Assembly (NCBI GenBank): GCA_036382875.1
Contig: DASVPJ010000042.1
Span: 51,859 to 115,858 of the forward strand
DNA length: 64,000 bases
Source: Mycobacteriales bacterium
Lineage (GTDB): Bacteria; Actinomycetota; Actinomycetes; BP-191
Direction: 5' to 3'
Shown piece by piece: positions 1 through 9,045 of this stretch (its first letter is position 1; each line of letters starts with the position of its first letter). The position numbers were made by a program, and so were the translations under genes. The notes below the pieces were generated by a model. It was not told the origin of the DNA. It saw nothing but the letters and a program-made list of their open reading frames with translations, and did not search any database.

Positions 1-340
1 CGGCGAGCTCGAGGACGCTGTGGCAGAGCACGATGTCGACGCTGCCGGGCGCCACGACGTCGAGGAGCGTCGCGAGGTCGCCCTGGACGCCGGTGATCGC
101 GGCGCCGGCGCCCTCCTCGGCGGCGCGCTGGGCGAGCGCCGCGAGCGAGTCGGGCGAGGGGTCGACGACGGTGACGCGGTGGCCGAGCCCGGCGAGCGGC
201 ACCGCGAAGCCGCCCGTACCGCCGCCGGCGTCGAGGACCGACAGCGGCCCGTCCCCGAGACCGGCGAGTGCGGCCGTGAGGGCCTCCCAGACGACCGCGT
301 TGCGGACGCGTCCCCAGTGCGTGAGGTACGGCGCGGCCAC
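1..340 (-). CDS. Class I SAM-dependent methyltransferase, 5' part only; the gene continues beyond the window start
   Basis: Minus-strand translation gives VAAPYLTHWGRVRNAVVWEALTAALAGLGDGPLSVLDAGGGTGGFAVPLAGLGHRVTVVDPS..., with the SAM-binding motif LDxGxGxG. A GTG start has GGAGGA 6 nt upstream. Confidence 0.6.
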   Translation of the reverse strand, partial: MAAPYLTHWGRVRNAVVWEALTAALAGLGDGPLSVLDAGGGTGGFAVPLAGLGHRVTVVDPSPDSLAALAQRAAEEGAGAAITGVQGDLATLLDVVAPGSVDIVLCHSVLELA

Positions 341-520
341 GAAGGTCCTCCGGGGACGGGGGCGGCGGGGCGCGAGCGCGCGGGACGGCGTTCGCGTGGT
401 GGGAAGCGTAGTGCGTGGGGGTCGTGGGGCGCCGGGGCGGCGGCGGGTGCCGGGGGTGCGGGTGGGGCGGCGGTGCGGCAGGCGCGGGTCGTGAGGCGGC
501 GGGGGGCGCGGGCGGCGGCG

Positions 521-583
521 CGGGGGCGGGCGGCGCGGGCGGCGCGGGCGGCGCGGGCGGCGCGGGCGGCGACGAGGGTGAGG
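521..583. repeat. GC-rich 9-nt minisatellite (ggcgcgggc, about 7 tandem units) in the intergenic region
   Basis: Direct tandem repetition is visible at 521-583, between the methyltransferase start and the HEPN gene stop. Confidence 0.5.
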
Positions 584-644
584 TAGACCGCCGGCGCCGC
601 GAGCAGCAGCAGCGTCGCGGCGCCGGCGGCGTCCGGGGCGGCCG

Positions 645-1340
645 TCATCCGACCCCGCGGTCGAGCAGGGTGGGGCGGGCGGCGCCGCCGAGCTTGGTCT
701 CCACGACGGCGAGGAACGTCTCGGCGTCGCGCAGCAGGTCGTCGGCCTCGCGGGCGGTGACCGCGCCGGGGAGGTGCGCCTCGGCGGCGGCCCGCTTGCG
801 GGCGCCGGAGGCGAAGAACGCGGCCCACTCGCCGAGCTCGGGCGCGACCGTGGCGAGCAGGACCCACGCGCTGAGCGGCCGGGTGCGGCGGGGCGCGGGC
901 GCGGCGGCGGGGCGGGCGCGGGCGGCGATGACCGCCGCCGCCGCGCGCAGGGCGCTGAGGTGGGCGGCGGCGTAGCGGTCGGCGGGGGTGGTGGCGAGCG
1001 CGGCTTCGGCGAGGCCGTGGCGGGCCAGGTCGAGCAGGTCGGACGCCGAGGTGGACAGGCGCGGGATGTCGGCGGCCTTCGCGGTCGGGAGTGGGGTGGG
1101 GCGGGGCGAGGTGGCAGGCGCCGAGGGCGGGGTGGGCGGCGCGGGGGCGGGCGGCGCGGGGGCGGGCGGCGCGGGTGCGGGCGCGGGGGGCGCGGCGGTG
1201 GGCGCGGGCGCGGCGGTGGGCGCGGGGGCGGCCGGCGCGAGGAGGGCGGGTGCGGGTGCCGCGCGGGTGGGCACGGGGGTGGCCGCGTGGGCGCCGCGGC
1301 GGGCGGGCGTGCGGAACGGCAGCGTCGCGGGGGTGGGCAC
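645..1340 (-). CDS. SAV_6107-family HEPN domain protein with a proline/alanine-rich N-terminal repeat region
   Basis: C-terminal region ...ADRYAAAHLSALRAAAAVIAARARP...LSAWVLLATVAPELGEWAAFFASGARKRAAAEAHLPGAVTAREADDLLRDAETFLAVVETKLG matches the conserved pattern of the actinobacterial SAV_6107 HEPN family (recalled from memory). The N-terminus carries PAPAPP repeats. A GTG start has GGAGG 5 nt upstream. Confidence 0.55.
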   Translation of the reverse strand: MPTPATLPFRTPARRGAHAATPVPTRAAPAPALLAPAAPAPTAAPAPTAAPPAPAPAPPAPAPPAPAPPTPPSAPATSPRPTPLPTAKAADIPRLSTSASDLLDLARHGLAEAALATTPADRYAAAHLSALRAAAAVIAARARPAAAPAPRRTRPLSAWVLLATVAPELGEWAAFFASGARKRAAAEAHLPGAVTAREADDLLRDAETFLAVVETKLGGAARPTLLDRGVG

Positions 1341-1543
1341 GGTCGCTCCTTCCTCGTCGGCGTACGGCACGTACGCGGCCGGGGGAAGGCGGCCGTGGCG
1401 GGCCGGTCCGGCGGGGCGCTTCCCCGCACCCTGCCGGACCGGCGGCCGGTCCGGCCCCGCCGAGGGTCGAGGCTCGGCGCGGGCGCGGACCGGGGTCCTC
1501 CGCCAGCGGGTCGGCGTTCGCGAGTGGCGCCGGCCCGGGTGTT

Positions 1544-1559
1544 CGAACGTGTGTTCGAA
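1544..1559. promoter_or_regulatory. Putative LexA SOS box TCGAACGTGTGTTCGA
   Basis: Exact match to the actinobacterial LexA operator consensus TCGAAC-N4-GTTCGA. It sits about 200 bp upstream of the HEPN gene start in a 350-bp intergenic region. Confidence 0.55.
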
Positions 1560-1693
1560 CGAGAGAAAGGTAACGCGGCGGGGCGGGGAGCGCAAGGGGG
1601 TGGTGTTCGCCGTCGGCGAACGCGCCCCGGGGCGGCCCGGGGCGGCCCGGGGCGGCCCGGGGGGCCGCGGGCCGCCCCGCGCGAGGACGTGCC

Positions 1694-3031
1694 TCAGGAG
1701 GGGCGGACGGTCCGGCGCAGGAGGTAGGCGCCGGCGCCGACGTTCAGCAGCGACCCCAACGGCGTCACGGTGACGACGGCGACCGACGCGGACCGGGTGG
1801 CCAGGTCGGACAGCCCGACCAGCGCGAGGCCGAGGACGCCGGACGCGACGAGCAGCACGCCGGCGACCGCGGCGGCCTGCGAGGCCACCGGCGTCCGCGA
1901 CGGCGACGGGGCGAACGCCACCGGCGCCGGCCGCTCCAGCCGCCCGAAGACCGCGACGAGCCCGGCCAGGAGGGCCAGCAGCACCGCGAACCACAGCGGC
2001 CGGGTCAGCCACCACGCACCGGAGCCGACGGCCGGCTGCGGGAACCACCCGCGCGGCAGCAGCACGAACACGGCCAGCAGCAGCGCGGTCAGGTGCCACA
2101 GGAAGACGGTCATGATGACGCCGTTCAGCGCGACGACGGCGGTCCAGACGCGCGGCCGGGCCAGCCAGCGGGTGACGAGCGGCCGGGCGAGGACTACGAG
2201 CCCGACGAGCCACGCGGTCAGCGCGACGATGCAGACGGTCGGCGGGGCCATGTTCGAGACCTTCTCCCCCGGCATCCCGACCATCGACGTCGGGTACGGC
2301 CCCCACGCGGTCAGCGCGACGAGCGCGCCGAGGCCGGTCGCGGACAGCGCCAGCGCGGCGCGGCGCGAGATGGCGCCGTAGAAGTAGCCGAGCTGGTGCG
2401 CGAGCAGCCAGACGGGGACGACGTTCACCCAGCGCAGCCCGGCCATGCCGAGGCCGAACGACGCGACGTCGACCAGCGCGGCGACGAGCGCGAGCGCCGC
2501 GGGCACCCGCCAGCCGTACCGGCGGTGCAGCCGGATCGTCAACGGCGCCAGCGCGACCATGACGACGTACACGCCGAGGAACCACAGGAGCTGCACGACG
2601 AGCTTCGTGACCCGCGCCGACGGCGAGAGCAGCACCGTCAACGGCACCCAGACGCCGAGCAGCACCGACACCGGGCGGAGCAGCCGGGACAGCCGGCCCT
2701 GCACGAAGTGCACGTACCGGCCGCCGCGCCGCCGCACGCCGTCGTAGGTGACGAGGTGCGCGAACCCGCCCACGAAGAAGAACACCGGCATGACCTGGAG
2801 CACCCAGGTCAGCGGCTGGAGCCACGGCATCGCGGCCAGCGCGTTGCCGGCGTGGAACCCCGACGAGTCGAACGTCACCGCCGCCATCAGCCAGTGGCCG
2901 AGGACGACGACGGAGATCGAGAACGCCCGGAGGAAGTCGACGTAGCGGTCCCGCGTCGCGGGCGTCGCGGCGGCAAGGGTGGCGGCACGGCTCATACCGA
3001 CAAGGTTCGGCGCGAACGAAGGCCGGGCCAT
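1694..3031 (-). CDS. Acyltransferase family 3 (OafA/NolL-like) integral membrane acyltransferase
   Basis: 445-aa polytopic membrane protein with the N-terminal motif FLRAFSISVVVLGHW typical of the AT3 family. Confidence 0.75.
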   Translation of the reverse strand: MARPSFAPNLVGMSRAATLAAATPATRDRYVDFLRAFSISVVVLGHWLMAAVTFDSSGFHAGNALAAMPWLQPLTWVLQVMPVFFFVGGFAHLVTYDGVRRRGGRYVHFVQGRLSRLLRPVSVLLGVWVPLTVLLSPSARVTKLVVQLLWFLGVYVVMVALAPLTIRLHRRYGWRVPAALALVAALVDVASFGLGMAGLRWVNVVPVWLLAHQLGYFYGAISRRAALALSATGLGALVALTAWGPYPTSMVGMPGEKVSNMAPPTVCIVALTAWLVGLVVLARPLVTRWLARPRVWTAVVALNGVIMTVFLWHLTALLLAVFVLLPRGWFPQPAVGSGAWWLTRPLWFAVLLALLAGLVAVFGRLERPAPVAFAPSPSRTPVASQAAAVAGVLLVASGVLGLALVGLSDLATRSASVAVVTVTPLGSLLNVGAGAYLLRRTVRPS

Positions 3032-3073
3032 CCGTCCAGGTACTCAGACGCGACACCCGCGATACTCGACTTC

Positions 3074-4138
3074 GTGCACCCACTCGACGTCGCCGACCTG
3101 CGCGACCGCGTCGACAAGGCGCTCGAGGCGTTCCTCGCGCGGCAGGCGGCGACGCTCGACGCGGTCTCCGACGACCTCGGCCCGGTCGCCGACACGGTCA
3201 CGGAGTTCGTCCTCGACGGCGGCAAGCGGCTGCGCCCGGCGTTCTGCTACTGGGGCTGGCGCGGCGCGGGCGGCGCGGACACCGACGACATCGTGACCGC
3301 GGCGGCGTGCCTGGAGCTGGTGCACGCGTGCGCCCTCATCCACGACGACGTGATGGACGGCTCGGACACCCGGCGCGGGAAGCCGGCGGTGCACCGGCGG
3401 TTCGCGAGCCTGCACCGCGGCGAGCAGTGGCTCGGCGACGCGGAGACGTTCGGGCGCAACGCCGCGATCCTGCTCGGCGACATCTGCCTGGTCTGGGCCG
3501 ACGAGCTCTACGACTCCAGCGGGCTGCCGGCCGAGGCGCTGCACCGCGCGGCGCACACGTACGGCGTGATGCGCGCGGAGGTGATGGCCGGCCAGTACCT
3601 CGACGTGCTGGAGCAGGTCCGCGGCGGTGGCGACGTCGAGCGGGCGCTGCGCGTCGCGCGCTTCAAGAGCGCGAAGTACACGATCGAACGCCCGCTGCAC
3701 CTCGGCGGCGTCCTGGCCGGCGCGGACCAGCGGGTGCTCGACGCGTACAGCGCGTACGGCCTCCCGCTCGGCGAGGCGTTCCAGCTCCGCGACGACGTGC
3801 TCGGCGTGTTCGGCGACCCGCGGCAGACCGGCAAGCCGGCCGGAGACGACCTGCGCGAGGGCAAGCGCACGGTGCTCATCGCCAAGGCCAGCGAGCGCGC
3901 GACGCCGGGCCAGGCCGCGGTGCTGCGCCGCCTGCTCGGCGACCCCAAGCTGGAGCACGCCGGCGTCGAACGCCTCCGCGAGGTCATCGCCGAGACCGGC
4001 GCGCTCGACTACGCCGAGGCCCTGGTCCGCCAGCGCGCGGCCGAGGCGATCGAGGCGATCGAGAACGCCCCCATCGACGGCGAGGCCACGAAGGTCCTGC
4101 GCGCGCTCGCCACCATCGCGACCCAACGCGTGCATTGA
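3074..4138 (+). CDS. crtE: Polyprenyl synthetase, geranylgeranyl diphosphate synthase
   Basis: Polyprenyl synthetase Asp-rich motifs (ALIHDDVMDGSDTRRGKP, FQLRDDVLGVFGD). Lies in a carotenoid context next to crtI. Confidence 0.8.
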   Translation: MHPLDVADLRDRVDKALEAFLARQAATLDAVSDDLGPVADTVTEFVLDGGKRLRPAFCYWGWRGAGGADTDDIVTAAACLELVHACALIHDDVMDGSDTRRGKPAVHRRFASLHRGEQWLGDAETFGRNAAILLGDICLVWADELYDSSGLPAEALHRAAHTYGVMRAEVMAGQYLDVLEQVRGGGDVERALRVARFKSAKYTIERPLHLGGVLAGADQRVLDAYSAYGLPLGEAFQLRDDVLGVFGDPRQTGKPAGDDLREGKRTVLIAKASERATPGQAAVLRRLLGDPKLEHAGVERLREVIAETGALDYAEALVRQRAAEAIEAIENAPIDGEATKVLRALATIATQRVH

Positions 4139-5604
4139 CCCGCGTCGTCGTCGTCGGCGCGGGGCTCGGCGGCCTCGCCTGCGCGCTGCGCCTCGCGGCG
4201 GCCGGCTACGACGTCACGGTCGTGGAGCGCGCGGACGTCCCCGGCGGGCGCGCCGGGCTGCTCGAACGCGACGGCTACCGGTTCGACACCGGGCCCACCG
4301 TGCTGACGATGCCCGACCTGATCCGCGACACGTTCGCGGCGGCCGGCGAGGACATGGCCGACTGGCTGACGCTGGAGCCGCTCGACCCGCTGTACCGGGC
4401 GTTCTTCCCCGACGGCTCGACGCTGGACGTGAAGCCGGGCGTCGACGCGATGGCCGCGGAGGTCGAACGCATCTGCGGAGCGCGCGAGGCGGACGGCTAC
4501 CGCCGCTGGGCCGCGTGGGTGACGCGGCTGTACCGCCTCGAGATGACCGCGTTCATCGACCGCAACGTCGACTCGCCGCTCGACCTGCTCACGCCGAACC
4601 TCGCCCGGCTCGCCGCGCTCGGCGCGTTCCGCCGGCTGGCCCCGAAGGTCGGCGAGTTCCTCGAGGACCCGCGCACCCGGCGGGTGCTGAGCTTCCAGAG
4701 CATGTACGCCGGGCTGTCGCCCTACGACGCGCTCGCCGTCTACGCGGTCATCGCGTACATGGACTCCGTCGCCGGCGTCTACGTCCCGCGGGGCGGGATG
4801 CACGCGGTGTCGCGCGCGCTGGCCGGCGCGGCGGAGAAGCACGGCGCGGCGTTCCGCTACGGCACCTCGGTCACGGCGGTCACGACCCGCGGCGGCCGCG
4901 CGACCGGCGTCGAGACCGACGACGGCGAGCACCTGCCGGCCGACGTCGTGGTCCTCAACCCCGACCTGCCGGTCGCGTACCGGGAGCTGCTGCCGCCGGA
5001 CGCGACGCCGCGCCGGGTCAGGAGCCTGCGGTACTCGCCGAGCTGCTTCCTGCTGCTGGCCGGCTCGACCGCGCGCTACGACCGGATCGCGCACCACAAC
5101 CTGCACTTCGGCCGGGCGTGGCGGCGGACGTTCGACGAGCTGATCGACCGGCGCGTGCTGATGTCCGACCCGAGCGTCCTCGTCACCTGCCCGACGGCGA
5201 GCGACCCGGGGCTCGCGCCGCCCGGCCGGCAGGCGTACTACGTGCTCGTCCCGGTCCCGAACCTCGACGGCCGCGTGGACTGGACGGCGACGCGGGACCG
5301 CTACCGCGACGAGGTCGTCCGGCACCTGGAACGCCTGGGCTACACGGGGTTCGGCGACGCGGTCGAGACCGAGCACGTGACGACGCCGCACGACTGGCGG
5401 GCCCGCGGGATGGAGCGCGGGACGCCGTTCGCGGCGGCGCACACGTTCTTCCAGACCGGCCCGTTCCGGCCGGCCAACGTCGCGCCGAAGGTCGGCAACG
5501 TGGTCTTCACCGGCTCGGGCACGGTGCCCGGCGTGGGCGTCCCGATGGTGCTCGTGTCGGGACGCCTCGCCGCCGAACGGGTGCTGCGGCTACGCCGCCC
5601 CTGA
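4135..5604 (+). CDS. crtI: Phytoene desaturase
   Basis: N-terminal FAD fold VVVVGAGLGGLACALRLAAAGYDVTVVER. Full-length CrtI-like protein (about 489 aa). The TTG start overlaps the crtE stop. Confidence 0.85.
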   Translation: MTRVVVVGAGLGGLACALRLAAAGYDVTVVERADVPGGRAGLLERDGYRFDTGPTVLTMPDLIRDTFAAAGEDMADWLTLEPLDPLYRAFFPDGSTLDVKPGVDAMAAEVERICGAREADGYRRWAAWVTRLYRLEMTAFIDRNVDSPLDLLTPNLARLAALGAFRRLAPKVGEFLEDPRTRRVLSFQSMYAGLSPYDALAVYAVIAYMDSVAGVYVPRGGMHAVSRALAGAAEKHGAAFRYGTSVTAVTTRGGRATGVETDDGEHLPADVVVLNPDLPVAYRELLPPDATPRRVRSLRYSPSCFLLLAGSTARYDRIAHHNLHFGRAWRRTFDELIDRRVLMSDPSVLVTCPTASDPGLAPPGRQAYYVLVPVPNLDGRVDWTATRDRYRDEVVRHLERLGYTGFGDAVETEHVTTPHDWRARGMERGTPFAAAHTFFQTGPFRPANVAPKVGNVVFTGSGTVPGVGVPMVLVSGRLAAERVLRLRRP

Positions 5605-7818
5605 CGACCCCGCGTAGAACGTGTCGCCGGCGAACCGCGCCTCGTAGACCTTGGCGCTCTTCGGCGCGAACGACGCGCGGCCCGTCGCGTCGGTCAGCGA
5701 GGAGCCGACCTGCACGCCGTCCGCCCAGAACGTCACCGGCACGCCCGCCACCGGGCGGGTCGCGTCGTCGGCCTCCCGCAGCGTCGCGGTGAGGGTGCGC
5801 TTGGAGCCGGTGCCGGTGAGCGCCAGCGACAGCGCGCTGTCCTCGCGGACCACCGCGATGGGCTGCGACGCGGCGCTGCTGTCGTACGCGCCGGCCTTGC
5901 CGGAGTAGCCGACGGCCACCCGGTAGTCGCCGGGCACCGCGTCCGCGGCGAGCGTCTGGGTGGCGACGCCGTTCGGGCCGGTGAGCGCGTTGACCTCGCG
6001 GTAGCCCTGCGGCCCGACGAGCTGGAACGTCACCTGCTCGCCGGCCAGCGGCGCGCCGGACGCGTCGGTGAGCCGCGCGGACAGCGGGAGCGCGTCGCCG
6101 TACTGCACCGTCGCGGGGACCTCGTTGGCGATCGACACCGACGTCTTCTGCACGGTCGGCGGCGGGGTCGTGGTGGACGTGCCGGAGCCGCTGGAGTTGG
6201 TCAGCGGCGCGGCCGGCCAGTACTGCACGGCGCCGAGGACGTCGAGGCGGCCGTAGCCCGAGGCGGGGTCGTAGCCGGGCGCGTAGAGGTCCACGGCCGA
6301 GCCGAGCAGCGCCTCGACGACCTTGTCGCGGTTGGCCGGCGAGCGGACGCCGCCGAGGCGGTCGTAGACGAGCGCCGCCGCGCCGGAGACGAGCGGCGTC
6401 GCCATCGACGTGCCGAAGATGGTGGCGTAGCCCGGCAGGCCGTCGCAGTCGCCCTCGCTCGCGTCGACCGAGCGCGAGTACGTCGAGAGGATCTCCGACG
6501 ACGCCCACGCGCAGTCCGGGATGCCCCGGCCGCCGGGCGCGAGCAGCGCCGCGCCGACGTCGCCGAAGCCGTCGAGCTTGACCGGGAAGTTGCCGTACCA
6601 GGAGTTCAGGTCCATCGGGTCGGACGCGCCGACGCAGACGACCTTCGCCGCGATCGCCGGGTAGCCGCAGAGCGGGAACGACTCGTTGCCCGCCGCCGCC
6701 ACGACGACGACGCCCTTGGAGACGGCGTAGTCGATCGCGTCGTCCACGTCGCGGAAGAACGCCGCGAGCGCGACCGCCGAGCCGCTGCCCGGGAGCTGCG
6801 CGATGCCGCCCGGCGCGAGGCCGCCGCCGATGCTCATGTTCACGACGTGCGCGCCGTTGTCGGCCGCGGTGCGCAGGCCCGTGGCGAGGGTGCCGAAGTC
6901 ACTCGTCGCGGAGAGGATCTGGATGGGCAGCAGGGTCGCGTCCGGCGCGACGCCGACGACGCCGGTGTTGTTGTCCGTGCAGGCGCCGATGATGCCGGCG
7001 ACATGCGTGCCGTGGCCCTCGACGTCGTCCTGCGGAACGGTGCTGCCGTCGTTGTCGGGGTCGGCGCCGTTGACGACCTCGACCTTGTCGGCGCAGGCGA
7101 ACTCCGGGTGCCCGAGGTCGAGGCCCGAGTCGAGCACGCCGACGCGGATGCCGGCGCCGGTCGCCCGCTGCTCGGTCCACGCTTGCGGCGCGCGCACCTT
7201 GCGCATGCCCCACTGCCCGCCGAAGAACAGGCTGGTCGTGCCGTCCTGGAGGAACAGCGGGTCGTTCGGCGTGCCGTCGTAGGTGCGGCGGGTGCCGCTG
7301 GTGTTGACGCCCGTGGTCGTGGGGTTGGTGACGTTGGGGTTCGAGGCGACGAGGCTCACCGACACCTGGGCGCCGAGCACGGTGTAGACGGAGAGGAACG
7401 TGTCGCCGGCCAGCAGCGTCAGGGAGAGGTCGTCGGACGCGGTGTCGGAGACGACGCGGTCGTACGTGCAGTCGGCCTTGTAGACGTACGCCGCGAGGTC
7501 GTGCAGCCCGAGGCCGGACGAGCCGGTCACCGAGACGGTCGTGCCGGCGACGGCGTAGTCGCTGGGGAGGCGGAACACCCACGCGTCCAGGCCCTGCTGC
7601 GTCGGCGTCGCCGGGCAGCGCAGCGAGAACTCCGCGTCGGTGGCCGGGTTCCCGCCGGGCGCGGGCTTCTGGATGGTGCCGGACGCGGTGTACGACGCGG
7701 CACTGGCCGGCGTGGCGAGCATCGGCGCGATGACGACGGCGCCGGACAGGCCGACGGCCGCGACGGCGACCGAGGCGAGGAGGTGGCGGTGACGCACGGG
7801 GCTCCCTTTCCGGCCCAC
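5590..7818 (-). CDS. Secreted S8 family serine peptidase (subtilisin-like) with C-terminal Ig-like repeats
   Basis: Signal peptide, then the Asp/His/Ser catalytic motifs VGVLDSGLD, HGTHVAGII and GTSMATPLVSGAAAL. The alternative GTG start at 7797 has an RBS GGAAAGGGAG. Confidence 0.8.
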   Translation of the reverse strand: MGRKGSPVRHRHLLASVAVAAVGLSGAVVIAPMLATPASAASYTASGTIQKPAPGGNPATDAEFSLRCPATPTQQGLDAWVFRLPSDYAVAGTTVSVTGSSGLGLHDLAAYVYKADCTYDRVVSDTASDDLSLTLLAGDTFLSVYTVLGAQVSVSLVASNPNVTNPTTTGVNTSGTRRTYDGTPNDPLFLQDGTTSLFFGGQWGMRKVRAPQAWTEQRATGAGIRVGVLDSGLDLGHPEFACADKVEVVNGADPDNDGSTVPQDDVEGHGTHVAGIIGACTDNNTGVVGVAPDATLLPIQILSATSDFGTLATGLRTAADNGAHVVNMSIGGGLAPGGIAQLPGSGSAVALAAFFRDVDDAIDYAVSKGVVVVAAAGNESFPLCGYPAIAAKVVCVGASDPMDLNSWYGNFPVKLDGFGDVGAALLAPGGRGIPDCAWASSEILSTYSRSVDASEGDCDGLPGYATIFGTSMATPLVSGAAALVYDRLGGVRSPANRDKVVEALLGSAVDLYAPGYDPASGYGRLDVLGAVQYWPAAPLTNSSGSGTSTTTPPPTVQKTSVSIANEVPATVQYGDALPLSARLTDASGAPLAGEQVTFQLVGPQGYREVNALTGPNGVATQTLAADAVPGDYRVAVGYSGKAGAYDSSAASQPIAVVREDSALSLALTGTGSKRTLTATLREADDATRPVAGVPVTFWADGVQVGSSLTDATGRASFAPKSAKVYEARFAGDTFYAGSSGAA

Positions 7819-7973
7819 GCGCGGCGGCCCGTGACCATGGAGGCGCGGGCTCGGAGGGGCGCTGGGACCGCTCCCTGGCCGCCGGTCGGCGGCTCGGCGA
7901 GGGGAATTCGCCGGGTTCGTCCCGGTACCTGCTCACGCAGCGTGATGCGGCCGTTCGGCGGATCATCGCGGTC

Positions 7974-8843
7974 ATGCTCCTGGACGAGGCCCTGGACCGG
8001 GCCTACGCGGCGTGCCGCCGCGTCAACGCGCGGACCGGGCGGACGTTCTACCTCGCCACGCTGCTGCTCCCGCCGGAACGCCGCCGCCACGTGCACGCGC
8101 TCTACGCGTTCGCCCGCTGCGCCGACGAGATCGTCGACGCGCCGGGGGTCCCGGACCGCGCGGAGCGGCTCGCGCGGTGGGGCGCGACGCGCGGCGGCGA
8201 GACGCCGGTGGGCGTGGCGTTCCGCGACACCGTCGCCCGCTGGTCGATCGCGGAGGCGGACGTGGACGCGTTCCTCGCGTCGATGGCGATGGACCTGACG
8301 GTCACGTCCTACCCGACGTACGCCGACCTGCTCCGCTACGCGCACGGCTCGGCCGCCGTCGTCGGCCGCTGGACGGTGCCGGTGCTCGGCGCGCTGGACG
8401 ACGGCGCGTACGCGTACGCCGAGGACCTCGGCGTCGGCTTCCAGCTCGCGAACTTCGTCCGCGACGTCGGCGAGGACCTGCGCCGCGGCCGGCTCTACCT
8501 GCCCGAGGAGGACCTGGCGCACTTCGGCGTCACGCGCGCCGACCTCGCGTCCGGCGTCGTGGACGGGCGGGTGCGCCGGCTCCTCGCGTACCAGGTCGCC
8601 CGGGCCCGCGAGGTGCTGCGCGCCGCCGAGCCCGGCATCCGGCTGCTGCACCCGGCCAGCCGGGACTGCGTGCGCACCGCGCTCGTCCTCTACGGCGGCA
8701 TCCTCGACGCCGTCGAACGCGCCGACTACCGCGTGCTGGACCGGCGGGTCTCGGTCGGGCTCCCCCGCCGCGCGGCCGTGGCGGCGCCCGCGCTGGTGCG
8801 CGCGGGTTTCGCGCGGCGGGCGGGGGCAAGACAACCGGTATGA
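7974..8843 (+). CDS. crtB: Phytoene synthase
   Basis: Squalene/phytoene synthase motifs (YAFARCADEIVD, ANFVRDVGEDLRRGRLYLP). Confidence 0.85.
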   Translation: MLLDEALDRAYAACRRVNARTGRTFYLATLLLPPERRRHVHALYAFARCADEIVDAPGVPDRAERLARWGATRGGETPVGVAFRDTVARWSIAEADVDAFLASMAMDLTVTSYPTYADLLRYAHGSAAVVGRWTVPVLGALDDGAYAYAEDLGVGFQLANFVRDVGEDLRRGRLYLPEEDLAHFGVTRADLASGVVDGRVRRLLAYQVARAREVLRAAEPGIRLLHPASRDCVRTALVLYGGILDAVERADYRVLDRRVSVGLPRRAAVAAPALVRAGFARRAGARQPV

Positions 8844-9034
8844 CGCAGCCGACCGAGACGCCGCCCGCCGAGGGCTCGACCGAGATGGTCCGGCACGAGC
8901 ACAGCAACGACGCGAACTCCGGGCCGGTCGCGGGCAACCGCACGCCGATGGTCGTGGCGTTCGTCGCGCTCGGGCTGCTCCTGCTGCTGATCGTGCTCGC
9001 GATCGTCAGCGGCCTCATCGAGATCTCGCGGTAG
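8840..9034 (+). CDS. Small single-pass membrane protein (64 aa)
   Basis: The ATG overlaps the crtB stop (ATGA). One clear TM helix, MVVAFVALGLLLLLIVLAIVSGLI. Confidence 0.4.
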   Translation: MTQPTETPPAEGSTEMVRHEHSNDANSGPVAGNRTPMVVAFVALGLLLLLIVLAIVSGLIEISR

Positions 9035-9045
9035 CGTCGGCGGCC

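Noticed and set aside
645-3083. 812-aa minus-strand ORF spanning the HEPN gene, the intergenic region and the acyltransferase gene, plus similar very long ORFs (2093..4138 +, 3307..5604 upstream part, 18175..21603 -, 51992..55051 +, 32086..35631 + upstream part, 21701..25408 -)
   Set aside because: These are GC-frame artefacts of a roughly 73% GC genome. The translations are Arg/Ala/Gly/Pro-biased and overlap well-supported genes in other frames. Only the segments with recognisable domains and sensible starts were annotated.
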